From assembly GCA_963814035.1 (NCBI GenBank), contig CAWFBH010000002.1:118691-182690 (forward strand): a stretch of 64,000 nucleotides of DNA. Reading direction: 5' to 3'. Below, piece by piece: positions 19,714 through 29,466 of the stretch. The notes beneath the pieces are model-generated. The model worked only from the letters and a program-made list of their open reading frames with translations, was not told the DNA's origin and did no database searches. Positions within the stretch are counted from its first letter, which is position 1. Each line of letters begins with the position of its first letter. The position numbers and the translations under genes were made by a program. This DNA is from an uncultured delta proteobacterium. Its GTDB lineage: Bacteria > Desulfobacterota > Binatia > Binatales > Binataceae.

Positions 19714-21030
19714 ATGAATGCATCGATTAATCATCGAGAACTGACCTATAAAGCCGTTGCCGGCCTCGCGGGTGGCGCCATCGGATGGCTGCCGGTCGAG
19801 ATCGCGAGTCACGGCCACAACCTGACTGATGTGATGACGACCGGCGACATCATCGCGTCTTACGTCACGATGGCGATGCTGTCGGGGATGATCGGCGGGC
19901 TGATCCTGGCCTCGGATGAGCAGAAGATCGAGCTTACGCCGACGGTGCGGAATCGATTCATTCTCGGGTTCGTCGTATGTTTCCTCCTCGCGCTGCCGGC
20001 GAACTACTACTCGAATATCGTTTTCTCCGCGATTCTGAATTACGGCGGATGGGGCACCGGCCATCCGGGTTCGATTGGCTACCTGGTCTTCGGGCGCGTG
20101 GTTTCCTGGATGATGATGGGCACGATGCTCGGCGCCGGGGTAGGCATCGCGGGTTTTTTCGGCTCCGCAGTGCCTCCGATCAAGTCGCTCGTTGGATCGA
20201 TTAATTTCCCCGCCATCAACATCATCAAAGGCGCCGCCGGGGGATGGATCGGCGGCGTCGCAGGCGGTCTGACCTTCGACCTTATCAATCAAGTGACCGG
20301 CGGCGGGTTGGCCTCGCGACTGATTGGATTGAGCCTCATCGGGTTGGCGATCGGATTGCTCATCGGACTGGTTCAGGAGCTGACCAAGGCCGCATGGCTC
20401 ACCGTCGATGCGGGTCGCCTGAAAGGTAGGCAATATCGCCTCGAAGGCGGGGTCTCGTCGATCGGCCGCGCCGAGGAAAATCCAGTCGGGCTGTTTGGCG
20501 ATGCCGCAGTGCAGGCGCGGCATGCGGTCATCGAGCGGCGCGGCAATGATTACGTGCTCCGAGGCCTTGCGGTTGCGGATGGAACTTTTGTCAATGGCGA
20601 GCGCATCGAGAGCGCGACGCTGCACGATGGCGATCGCATCCGCATCGGATCGTACGAACTGAGTTTCCATTTGCGCGGAGTGAAACCATCGATGCGGGTG
20701 GAAGCCGGTCCGTCGCAGTCGTACGTCGCGCCGCAGATGGCTGCCTCGAATGGCGGCGCGGTCCTTGTTGATGCGGCGGGCACGAGCTTTCCGATTGCGA
20801 CAGGGAAGGAAACCAAAATCGGACGTGCGACCGACAACGATATCGTGCTGGGAGATTCCTCGGTGTCGCGTCATCATGCGGCGATTGAATCGCGCAACGG
20901 AAGTTTTCAGGTGCGAGATCTGGGCAGCCAGAACGGAACCTTCGTGCGCGGCGAGCGGGTCAGCGAAGCTCCATTGAAGAACGGAGACCCGGTGCGGGTC
21001 GGCGACGCTTCGTTTACCTTCCGTGCCTGA
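19714..21030 (+). CDS. Multi-pass membrane protein with two C-terminal FHA domains
   Basis: About six to seven Gly-rich hydrophobic segments, then IGRAEEN..VQARHA..DGTFVNG and IGRATDND..VSRHHA..SQNGTFV. Confidence 0.88.
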   Translation: MNASINHRELTYKAVAGLAGGAIGWLPVEIASHGHNLTDVMTTGDIIASYVTMAMLSGMIGGLILASDEQKIELTPTVRNRFILGFVVCFLLALPANYYSNIVFSAILNYGGWGTGHPGSIGYLVFGRVVSWMMMGTMLGAGVGIAGFFGSAVPPIKSLVGSINFPAINIIKGAAGGWIGGVAGGLTFDLINQVTGGGLASRLIGLSLIGLAIGLLIGLVQELTKAAWLTVDAGRLKGRQYRLEGGVSSIGRAEENPVGLFGDAAVQARHAVIERRGNDYVLRGLAVADGTFVNGERIESATLHDGDRIRIGSYELSFHLRGVKPSMRVEAGPSQSYVAPQMAASNGGAVLVDAAGTSFPIATGKETKIGRATDNDIVLGDSSVSRHHAAIESRNGSFQVRDLGSQNGTFVRGERVSEAPLKNGDPVRVGDASFTFRA

Positions 21031-21409
21031 CGCGGATTTTTTTGATCGGCCGCGCTTCTGCTCCCGATGCGGTTTACCGGTAATCGTCGAAGGCGCGAGC
21101 TTCTGCAAAAGTTGCGGCGCCGCTCTCGATGGGCGCGCGCCATCCGCCCCGCGCGAAATCGGGATGCGTCCCGTCATCGCATTTGTGTTGAGCATCATCC
21201 CTGGACTCGGTCATGTTTACCAAGGCGCGCCGATGCGCGGGGTGATGTGGTTCTTCGGGGTTGTCATCGCATATGGGGCCGGACCGATCGGCTATCTGCT
21301 ACACTTGATATGCGCGGCGAGCGCGGCCTCGTATGGATCGCGTTCGTACGGGGAACGTCGGCGACGGCGCCGTGGCCGGAGGATCGATCGCGTCTCCGCG
21401 CACCTTTGA
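21023..21409 (+). CDS. Double zinc-ribbon plus TM2-like small membrane protein
   Basis: CSRC..CKSC; FVLSIIPGLGHVYQG; Arg-rich tail; overlaps upstream stop. Confidence 0.8.
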   Translation: MPDADFFDRPRFCSRCGLPVIVEGASFCKSCGAALDGRAPSAPREIGMRPVIAFVLSIIPGLGHVYQGAPMRGVMWFFGVVIAYGAGPIGYLLHLICAASAASYGSRSYGERRRRRRGRRIDRVSAHL

Positions 21410-21428
21410 GCATGAGCGAATCGACTGG

Positions 21429-22997
21429 ATGATCGAGGCCAACTCCATAATCGGCGGACGCTATCGCGTCACCAAACCGCTCGGCGGCGGCGGCATGAAG
21501 ATGGTCTACCTCGCCGAGGACATGCGCCTGGCGTCGCGGCCGTGCGCGCTCGCCGAGATGGTTGACAGCTTCACCGATCCCTCGATGCAGCAACAGGCAG
21601 TCGCCGCCTTTCAGCGCGAGGCCGACATGCTCGCGCAACTCAGCAACGAGCATATCCCGCGCGTATTCGATCGCTTCAGCGACCAGAATCACCATTACCT
21701 GGTGATGGAGTTTATCGATGGCATTACGCTCGAAGACGAACTCAAAAACGAGGGCGGCAAACTCGAAGCGCCGCGCGTCATCGACATCGCACTGCAGATT
21801 CTCGAAACGCTGCAATATCTGCACAATCTCGAACCGCCGGTCGTATATCGCGACCTGAAGCCGTCGAACGTGATGCTCGGGCGCAACGGGCAGGTCAAGC
21901 TGATCGATTTCGGCATCGCACGATTCTTCTTGCCGCAGAGCAACGCGACCATGATCGGCACCCAGGGTTATGCGCCACCGGAGCAGTATCGCGGCCGCGC
22001 CGAGTCGCGCTCGGATTTGTATGCGCTCGGCGCCACGATGCATCACGCGCTGTCGGGCCGCGATCCTGCCGCGGAACCGCCCTTCAGTTTTCCGAAGCTC
22101 AAGACGCTCTGCCCCGATATGAATCCTGCGCTGGCCGAGTTGGTGGACCAGGCGCTGGAATATGACGTCGTGCATCGGATGGCCGATGCGGCGGAGTTCA
22201 AGGAGCGCCTCCTCGCGATTAAGGCCGGGACGGCGACCGCCAGGGTCAACGGTCAAACTGCCTCGCCGCGGCTGTCGGGCAAACCGCAAATGCGGCTGCC
22301 ACTCGGAGGCGCCCCGGTGCAGACGAGATCCGCGCCCGAAGACGCCACCGTCATCTTGAGGACGGACGATTTGCGCTGTCCGTCGTGCCGCCGAACGATT
22401 CCATCCGATTCGCGATTCTGTTCATTTTGCGGCGCGGGCGTGACACCGACACTGGCCACCAATGGTGGCCGCAACGCCGCGGATTCGGCGACCACCGTAT
22501 TGCCGGAGCGAGCTATTCCCGCATCGCAGCCGGACTATTCGCGCAGCGTCGATCAGCATCCGAACTGGCGACCAGCACGCCGCGATCCGCGACCGGTAAG
22601 GTTCGTTGTCGCGCTCTTAGTGGGATTGGTTGTCATGGCGTTCGCGGCTACCGGCATCGTGAACTACCTCCAGCAAGTGGCGCATCAACCAGAGCCGCCC
22701 GCGTCTGAAGCCGCGATTCCCGGGGATGAATCGGTGCCACCTCGGTATGAAAATCCAGGGCCGAACGTGCCCGATCCGCCGCATCGCAGCGCGGAAGAGA
22801 TAATGTTGCGGCAGTTGTTCAACATGGAAGGCCTGCAAACAGTGCACTTCATGATGTCCGGCGGTACAGTCGTTCTATGGGGTACGGTGCCGAGCGAATT
22901 CGCGCGCGAAGAAGTGCGCGGACAAGCGATGGCTTTCGGCAACCAGATGATAGATCACCTGATAATCCAATCTGATATGTCCGGCGGAACCGAATGA
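21429..22997 (+). CDS. Hanks-type Ser/Thr kinase with zinc ribbon, TM helix and BON-like C-terminal domain
   Basis: GGGGMKMVY, FQREA, VYRDLKPSN, LIDFG, GYAPPEQ; CPSC..CSFC; hydrophobic VVALLVGLVVMAFAATGIV; GTVVLWGTVPSE..MIDHLII. Confidence 0.92.
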   Translation: MIEANSIIGGRYRVTKPLGGGGMKMVYLAEDMRLASRPCALAEMVDSFTDPSMQQQAVAAFQREADMLAQLSNEHIPRVFDRFSDQNHHYLVMEFIDGITLEDELKNEGGKLEAPRVIDIALQILETLQYLHNLEPPVVYRDLKPSNVMLGRNGQVKLIDFGIARFFLPQSNATMIGTQGYAPPEQYRGRAESRSDLYALGATMHHALSGRDPAAEPPFSFPKLKTLCPDMNPALAELVDQALEYDVVHRMADAAEFKERLLAIKAGTATARVNGQTASPRLSGKPQMRLPLGGAPVQTRSAPEDATVILRTDDLRCPSCRRTIPSDSRFCSFCGAGVTPTLATNGGRNAADSATTVLPERAIPASQPDYSRSVDQHPNWRPARRDPRPVRFVVALLVGLVVMAFAATGIVNYLQQVAHQPEPPASEAAIPGDESVPPRYENPGPNVPDPPHRSAEEIMLRQLFNMEGLQTVHFMMSGGTVVLWGTVPSEFAREEVRGQAMAFGNQMIDHLIIQSDMSGGTE

Positions 22998-23650
22998 TCG
23001 TCGATATCCACGTCCACACCAATCTTTCCGATGACTCGAAAACCACGCCGGAAAAATATGTCGAGGCGGCGATCAAAAGCGGTGCGGGCCTGGGCGCGAT
23101 CTGCTTCACCGAGCATCGCAAGTTCCCACGCGATCGCGAGATCGATCGCATTTACTCCGAGCTTTCCGATAACCACGGGATTCTCATTATCAAGGGAGTC
23201 GAAGCCGATACCGATCTCGGCCACCTTCTGTTATTCGGGCTCAATGATGAAGTTCTGCGCCGCTTCGATCCGACCCAACGGATGCTCAAGAGCGCGCATC
23301 TCATCGACGTGATTCACAAGGAAGGCGGCATCGCGATCCCGGCGCATCCGTTTCGCGATTCCGGCTATGGCGCCCGCCTCGATGATTTGGTGGCCAAGCA
23401 CGGCAGCGCGCTCTCCGCCGTCGAAGCCATCAATGGGCAGAACTCGCCGGCCGAGAATGAGCGCGCGCTGATGGAGGCGGAAAAACTCGGCCTGACAGCG
23501 CTCGGCGGCAGCGACGCGCACTTTCCGACGCCCCATTGGTTCCTGACTTGCGCGACCGAACTGGAGCGCCCAATCAAGAATGTCGAAGAACTTTGCATAG
23601 AGTTTCGCGCCGGCCGCGCCCGCCCCTATCGTTTTCCTCGCGCCGCGTGA
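22994..23650 (+). CDS. PHP domain phosphoesterase
   Basis: DIHVHT, FTEH, GVE, HLL, AHPFR, GGSDAH; ATGA overlap with the kinase stop. Confidence 0.9.
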   Translation: MIVDIHVHTNLSDDSKTTPEKYVEAAIKSGAGLGAICFTEHRKFPRDREIDRIYSELSDNHGILIIKGVEADTDLGHLLLFGLNDEVLRRFDPTQRMLKSAHLIDVIHKEGGIAIPAHPFRDSGYGARLDDLVAKHGSALSAVEAINGQNSPAENERALMEAEKLGLTALGGSDAHFPTPHWFLTCATELERPIKNVEELCIEFRAGRARPYRFPRAA

Positions 23651-23653
23651 AGC

Positions 23654-25735
23654 CTACGCAGTGGCCGGCGTCCCGTTCGCGGGTTTCGCGGGCAACTCTT
23701 CCAGCGACCGCGCGAAGCGGCGCAGATCCGATGCGCGGCCCGCGATCACCAAAAGATCCCCGGCCTTTAGCGGCCGGTCGGGCGAAACCGGAACGAAACC
23801 CGAGCCGGGATCATCGAAGTCACGCAACGCCAGCACCGTAACGCCAAACCTCGCGCGCGGATCGAGTGTGCGAATCGTCTGTCCCACCGACGCGGCGGGA
23901 ACCGCGACCCGCGTCACCCGATAGCCCGTCGCCCAGTAGATGTTGGAGTCGCCGCGCGCGATCGAAGTCAGCGACAGCGCCACTCGATTGAGTGCCTGTG
24001 CGAGATGGCGCCGCGTCACAAGGCCGAGAAATTGTCCATCGTGCGGGCGATCGGCAACCGGGATTTCCTCCAGACCATCGACGCCCATCAACTCGCTCGC
24101 CGCATCGAGGGTCGCGTCGGGCAGCACCAGCGGCGGGTTGCGTTCGCACAAATCATACGCATTTACCAGCGGTGATAACTCACTGTCGCGCACCAGCAGC
24201 GAGAGCAAATCGCGGGTGACGATGAGACCGACAAAATTGCCGGTGCTGTTCACCACCGGCAGCGTTGATTGCGAGGTCTCACCGGCAATCCGCAGCACCT
24301 CGTCGAACGAGGTATTATCCGCCACCGTCACGACGTCCTTATCCATCACCGCGCTGACCGGAATCTGCCCCAGCGCGAGACGCTCCTGCGCGATGTGCAG
24401 CGTTTTACCTTCGCGCGCGAGGCGAAAGGTATCGATCGATTCGGTCTCGATCATCCGCGCCACCACCAATGCCGCAATCGTTGCGATCATCGCGGGCAGC
24501 GCGACGGTGTAGTTTTGCGTCATCTCGAAGAGCAGAAAAAGCGCGGTCAATGGTGCGTGCGTGGTGCCTGCGAGAAATGCACCGAGGCCTACCAGCGCAT
24601 AGGACCCGCGCGGTCCAGCCAGATTAGGGATGAGATGCGCGATGGCACGCTGGAAGGTTCCGCCCGCCATCGTGCCGATGAAAAAGATCGGTCCGAATAC
24701 TCCGCCGGGAGCACCCGAGCCGAGTGACACGCTGCTGGTGAACATTTTCGCGAAGGTCAGCGCCGCAAGCATCGCGAATTCATACTTGCCCGCCATCGCA
24801 TCGTTGATGGTGGGATAGCCGTCGGACAAATTTTGCGGAAGAAAAATCGCGACTGCGCCAACGATCCCGGCTCCGATGGCGAGCTTCTGCCAATCGGGAA
24901 TGGCGAGCCGGCGAAACCGGTCGGCAGTCGCATGGAAGAAATGGATGTAGCTGGCCGCCAGCACGCCGAAAATCCCGCCCATTGCGCCGTAGGTCAGCAT
25001 TTCCCAGTAGCTTTTCAGTACAAAGGGTGGAACCTGAAAGACCGCATCGTTTCCGGCCACCATGCGCGAGGTTACCACCGCCGTCACCGTCGCCACGATC
25101 AGCAGCGTCAGGTTCGCGAGCTCGGTGTGGCCGAGCAGGACGATCTCCTGCGCAAACATCAGCCCGCCCATCGGAGCGTTGAAGGTGGTCGCGATGCCGG
25201 CGCCCGCCCCTGCCGCGACCAGCACTTTCGCGCGTTCAGGTCCCATTTTTCGGAGCTGCGCGACCGCCGATCCGATCGCTCCGCCGACCTGCGCGATGGG
25301 ACCTTCGCGTCCGACTGACCATCCCGAGCCGAGCGACAGTGCGGCACCCGCGGCTTTGATGAAAATCCATCCGCGCTTGATGCGCGCGTTGCCGAGGTTC
25401 ACTTGCTCGAGGAAGTGAGGGAATCCATATCCCAGCACGTCGCCGCGAAAGACGCGGTCGAGGAGCAGCATGCCGACCGCGCCGGCCGCGAGCACCAAAG
25501 GAACCGAGATGCGAAAGATGCCGCCGCGTGAAATTTGCAGCACCTCAAGCCCGAGGTAAAGAAACGCAGCTTGAGACCAATGGATCAGTTGACGAAAGCC
25601 CAGGTTGCCCAGCGCCGCGAGCATCCCGACGATCGCGGCGAGCAGGATCATCTGGACATAATTGTACTGATCGCTGCGAAGCCCGAGGTTCGCCTTAACA
25701 GGATTAATCTTGGATCCAGGCACTCGGACACCCAA
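23654..25735 (-). CDS. ClC-family chloride channel/transporter with CBS pair and TrkA-C domain
   Basis: GYGFP, GREGP, FNAP, GAPGGVFGP, FEMTQNY; CBS repeats; C-terminal RCK-C (VGQTIRTL..RFGVTVLAL). Start uncertain. Confidence 0.9.
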   Translation of the reverse strand: MGVRVPGSKINPVKANLGLRSDQYNYVQMILLAAIVGMLAALGNLGFRQLIHWSQAAFLYLGLEVLQISRGGIFRISVPLVLAAGAVGMLLLDRVFRGDVLGYGFPHFLEQVNLGNARIKRGWIFIKAAGAALSLGSGWSVGREGPIAQVGGAIGSAVAQLRKMGPERAKVLVAAGAGAGIATTFNAPMGGLMFAQEIVLLGHTELANLTLLIVATVTAVVTSRMVAGNDAVFQVPPFVLKSYWEMLTYGAMGGIFGVLAASYIHFFHATADRFRRLAIPDWQKLAIGAGIVGAVAIFLPQNLSDGYPTINDAMAGKYEFAMLAALTFAKMFTSSVSLGSGAPGGVFGPIFFIGTMAGGTFQRAIAHLIPNLAGPRGSYALVGLGAFLAGTTHAPLTALFLLFEMTQNYTVALPAMIATIAALVVARMIETESIDTFRLAREGKTLHIAQERLALGQIPVSAVMDKDVVTVADNTSFDEVLRIAGETSQSTLPVVNSTGNFVGLIVTRDLLSLLVRDSELSPLVNAYDLCERNPPLVLPDATLDAASELMGVDGLEEIPVADRPHDGQFLGLVTRRHLAQALNRVALSLTSIARGDSNIYWATGYRVTRVAVPAASVGQTIRTLDPRARFGVTVLALRDFDDPGSGFVPVSPDRPLKAGDLLVIAGRASDLRRFARSLEELPAKPANGTPATA

Positions 25736-25744
25736 TCGCGGAGT

Positions 25745-26617
25745 TCAGATTTTCAGGAAGCGCTTGATGGTCTTCAGGGACTCGTCGAGCTGATCATGAT
25801 GGACCCAATGGCCGGCCTTTTCTATGGTGACGATCTCCGCACTTTTGAAAACCTTGGTGCGGCCGTCTTTTTCCCAATCGCCGGTCCACGACTCGCCGCC
25901 ACGAATCAGCAGCGTCGGGCATTCGATGTGCGACCAGATTTCCTCGGCATCCTTGAGGTTGAACTGATACGGCGTGGTCGCGCGAACGTAATTGTCGAAC
26001 TTCCACGAATAAGTGCCGTTCTCGTTGCGCTCGATGCCGTGGATCGTCAAATGGCGCGCCTGCTCGACGCTTAAGTGCGGATTCTCCGAGCGCATCCTCG
26101 ACAGCGCCTCCTCGATGCTTGCGTATTCGCGGACTTTGCGCTGCGCCAGCGACTGCATCTCACGCACCCAATTCTTCATCCGCTCACTGGCGGGTGTGTC
26201 CTTGATCATCGCGGGCGGCGGGCCGAGTCCTTCGATCGACACCACCTTCTTCACCATCCCGGGAAACACCCCGGTGTACTGCAGGACGATACCACCGCCG
26301 AGCGAATGACCGATTAGCGTCAGCGGTTTGTTGCCCAGCGCATTGATGAGCTGCGCGAGGTCCACGACGTAGTCGATCATCGCGTAGGGGCTGCCGATTG
26401 CGTGCGCTGAGTCACCATGACCTCGGAGATCAGGCGCGATGACGTGATAATTCTTGCGCAGCTCGAGCGCCGTCCAATCCCAGTTGCGGCAGTGGTCGCG
26501 GCCACCGTGCACGAGGATCATCAGCGGCGCATCGTGATTGCCCCAGTCGACGTAGTGAAGCTTGAGCCGCTGCGAAAAAAAGTAGTGCGAGGTCGGTCCG
26601 ATGATGCTTTCGGGCAT
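25745..26617 (-). CDS. Alpha/beta fold hydrolase
   Basis: LVHGG, DLRGHG, GHSLGG nucleophile elbow, AGHWVH. Confidence 0.92.
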   Translation of the reverse strand: MPESIIGPTSHYFFSQRLKLHYVDWGNHDAPLMILVHGGRDHCRNWDWTALELRKNYHVIAPDLRGHGDSAHAIGSPYAMIDYVVDLAQLINALGNKPLTLIGHSLGGGIVLQYTGVFPGMVKKVVSIEGLGPPPAMIKDTPASERMKNWVREMQSLAQRKVREYASIEEALSRMRSENPHLSVEQARHLTIHGIERNENGTYSWKFDNYVRATTPYQFNLKDAEEIWSHIECPTLLIRGGESWTGDWEKDGRTKVFKSAEIVTIEKAGHWVHHDQLDESLKTIKRFLKI

Positions 26618-26638
26618 TCCGCTGTTGCTCCGCGATGG

Positions 26639-27964
26639 TTAGGCCAGATTAGGTTTTACATCGTCGAGCGCGGCGCGCGCCGTACTCACGATGAAATCGA
26701 TGTCGTTATCGTTGACGATGAATGGCGGCGTGATCATGATCGCGTCGCCGCCCGCCGGACCCGCCATCCCGGTCGAGGGATAAACGAAGAGCCCGCGCTT
26801 GACCGCCGCGCCAAGCACCTTGTTGGCGGTCTTCAGTTCCGGTGCATAGGGAATACGACGTTCGCGATCGCGGACCAATTCGACGCCCCAGAAGAATCCC
26901 GCGCCGCGAATGTCTCCCACCATCGGATGCCCCGAGAGTTCTTCCTTGAGCTGCGCGCCGAGCCGCGCGCCGACCTTTTCGGCGCGCTCGACGAGCTGCT
27001 CGCGCTCCATGATGGCGAGGACGCCATCGCCCATCGCACATGCGAGCGGATGGCAACTGTAAGTGAAGAACATGAAGTCGCGGCTGGCTTCCTCGCATAC
27101 CGCGACGACGTTTTCATCGACAGCGATCATGCCCATCGGCATGTAGCCGCCGGTCAGTCCCTTGCCGCCGATGAGAATATCGGGCTTCACGTTCCAGTGA
27201 TCGACGGCGAAGCGACGCCCGGTGCGGCCGAAGCCGGTCATCACTTCATCGGCGATCAGAAGAATATCGTTGCGATTGCAGATCTCGCGCAGCTTTGGCC
27301 AGTACTCCTTGACCGGAGGCACCGCGCCGCCGGATGCGCCCATCATCGGCTCGGCCATAAATGCTGCAATGTTGTCGGCGCCCTGCTTCCTGATTTCGTC
27401 CTCGAGCGCGTTGGCGCAATCGATATCGCACGACGGATAGGTCTTGCCCCATGGGCATCGATAGCAAAATGAGGGTGGAATTTTCGGCCAGTCAAACAGC
27501 ACATGCTCATAGTCAGCGCGACGGAGGCTGCTGCCGGCCGACAGCGCGCCCAGCGTGTTGCCATGATAGGAGAACTGGCGCGAAATGATTTTTTTCTTCG
27601 AGGGCTTGCCCTTGACCTTCTGATAGAGCATCGCGAACTTGATCGCCATCTCGACGGCCTCGGACCCGCCGCTGGTGAAGAAGAACCGGTTGACCCCGGG
27701 CGGAGTCCATCCGGCGAGGCGATTGACCAGCTTCTCCCGCTCATCGGAAACCCACACCGGAACGATGTAGTTGAGCTTGCGGATGGTGTCGGCGGCGATC
27801 TGCGCCAGTTCCTCGCGGCCCTGGCCGACGTTGACCACCACCGCGCCGCTGCCCGCATCGAGGATCTTGCGGCCGTCTTTGGTGTACAGATACGCGCCCT
27901 CGGCCCGCTCGATGTGGAGCGGCGTCCACGGGCTTTTCATGAACAGAACTTCTTGTTCCGGCAT
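26639..27964 (-). CDS. Class III PLP-dependent aminotransferase
   Basis: SGGSEA, SYHG, ADEVMTGFGRTG, GKGLTGG (PLP lysine). Confidence 0.93.
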   Translation of the reverse strand: MPEQEVLFMKSPWTPLHIERAEGAYLYTKDGRKILDAGSGAVVVNVGQGREELAQIAADTIRKLNYIVPVWVSDEREKLVNRLAGWTPPGVNRFFFTSGGSEAVEMAIKFAMLYQKVKGKPSKKKIISRQFSYHGNTLGALSAGSSLRRADYEHVLFDWPKIPPSFCYRCPWGKTYPSCDIDCANALEDEIRKQGADNIAAFMAEPMMGASGGAVPPVKEYWPKLREICNRNDILLIADEVMTGFGRTGRRFAVDHWNVKPDILIGGKGLTGGYMPMGMIAVDENVVAVCEEASRDFMFFTYSCHPLACAMGDGVLAIMEREQLVERAEKVGARLGAQLKEELSGHPMVGDIRGAGFFWGVELVRDRERRIPYAPELKTANKVLGAAVKRGLFVYPSTGMAGPAGGDAIMITPPFIVNDNDIDFIVSTARAALDDVKPNLA

Positions 27965-28094
27965 AGGGCAATCTTAGGCGCGAAGAGCCGACGCAGCAAT
28001 TGTCGAGCGCGCGATGTTTGGATGGGTTGAAGTCGCTGCCATCGACCGATAACCTTGTTTTACACGGGGTGCGCGGCCCCACCAGGAGTTCCAC

Positions 28095-28368
28095 ATGTAC
28101 GCGCTTATCATCCTGCGGCATCGCAAGCCGCCCGAACTACTCACCATTTTCAAGGATCGCAACGAATTCATCGCCGCCGTCGGACAGCGGAAAAGCCCCG
28201 AGCCGTGGCGCGCCGCCACCAAGGCTTTTCGCGCAGTGTATGAAGTCCACGACGACGTCGAATTTGCCAATTCGCTGGAAGCGATCCGCGTCGAGCATCC
28301 ACGATCAGTACGATGCCTGCCACGTACTGCTGCGGAAGTTTCAGATCCCTAATGGCCTGGCCATCTAA
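28095..28368 (+). pseudogene. Possible decayed YciI-like gene remnant
   Basis: AGGAG RBS then MYALIILRHRKPPE; later LEAIRVEHP and QYD in another frame; similarity from recall only. Confidence 0.3.
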
Positions 28369-28377
28369 AGCGCCACC

Positions 28378-29418
28378 TCAGTGCGGGATGACCGCGACGC
28401 CTTTGCGCACGCGCACCGAGAGATCCGGATGCTTCGGGGTGTCGATGCGCAAGCTTCGATAGCCGGGCCGCCCGGGATCCGGCGATAGATACGCGATGGT
28501 GTACTGCTGCGTCAGCTCGTTGCTGATGGCTTCGCAATCGCGCGTCAGTTCGGCGCCGTCGCCAGCGGTAGGCAGGTTGAAGGCGCACGCGCCGGTTTCC
28601 TCCGCGAGTGCCTTCAGCGTCGGCATGTCCACTTCGTTGTAGTCAGAACCGAGGAAACCGGGCTTGTCGATGCCGATGCCAATGCAGTAGATCAGCACCT
28701 TCATCGCGCGCGCCGCCTCGATCACCTGCCGGCGGCCAAGGTTACTCACGTTATCCATCCCATCGGTGATGAGGATGAGCGCCCGTTTGTCGCGGCGGGC
28801 ATACCGCATTTCGAACAGCCCCATGTAGATCGCATCGAACAGCGCGGTCTGATGTTGCGGATGTAGAAATCCCAGGCGATCGATAATCTGCGAGTGGACG
28901 GGAGTGAAAGGTTGAATCAACTCCGCTTCGTTGGAGAACGCTTCGAGGAAAATTTCGTCGCGCGAGTCGAGTGCCTCGACCATGCGTTTCAGCGCGTTAC
29001 GCGCCTGCCACATCTTGCTGTCCATCGATTGCGAACAATCCACGATGATGCCGATCGAAACCGGAATGTTCTTATCCACGCGAAAAAATCCGATCGGTCG
29101 CTGCTGGCCATCCTCGGTGACGCGGAAGTCGTCATCTTTTAAACCGGTGACGTATCTGTTCGAGGAATCCGAGACGGTGACGGTGACCTGCTCGTAGCCG
29201 GGTTGGCTGCGGAGCTTGAGTGAGGGCACCTCGAGCGAGGTCTCCGGCTGTTGAGCAGGCGCCTTTATCGAGGGAAGCGCGCTCGGCTGTTGCTGGACCG
29301 GTATCGAGAGGGTGTTCTGCGGCGGTAAGCCCTGGACCGCGAGGGCTGGGAAGCTCGCTATCGAAACCATCAGAGCGACTGCAGCTCCGATAAGAAGTGG
29401 TCGATGCTTTCTTGTCAT
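28378..29418 (-). CDS. Exported VWA-domain protein (Acidobacteria-type VWFA)
   Basis: Signal peptide, FRVTEDG..Q, MIDAS DCSQS, TALFDAI, ITDGMDN, ELTQQYTIAY, VRVRKG. Confidence 0.9.
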   Translation of the reverse strand: MTRKHRPLLIGAAVALMVSIASFPALAVQGLPPQNTLSIPVQQQPSALPSIKAPAQQPETSLEVPSLKLRSQPGYEQVTVTVSDSSNRYVTGLKDDDFRVTEDGQQRPIGFFRVDKNIPVSIGIIVDCSQSMDSKMWQARNALKRMVEALDSRDEIFLEAFSNEAELIQPFTPVHSQIIDRLGFLHPQHQTALFDAIYMGLFEMRYARRDKRALILITDGMDNVSNLGRRQVIEAARAMKVLIYCIGIGIDKPGFLGSDYNEVDMPTLKALAEETGACAFNLPTAGDGAELTRDCEAISNELTQQYTIAYLSPDPGRPGYRSLRIDTPKHPDLSVRVRKGVAVIPH

Positions 29419-29466
29419 TGCCCTGGATCAAGGGAGCGCGAAGTTTCTCGCGCGTCAACATTCGTT

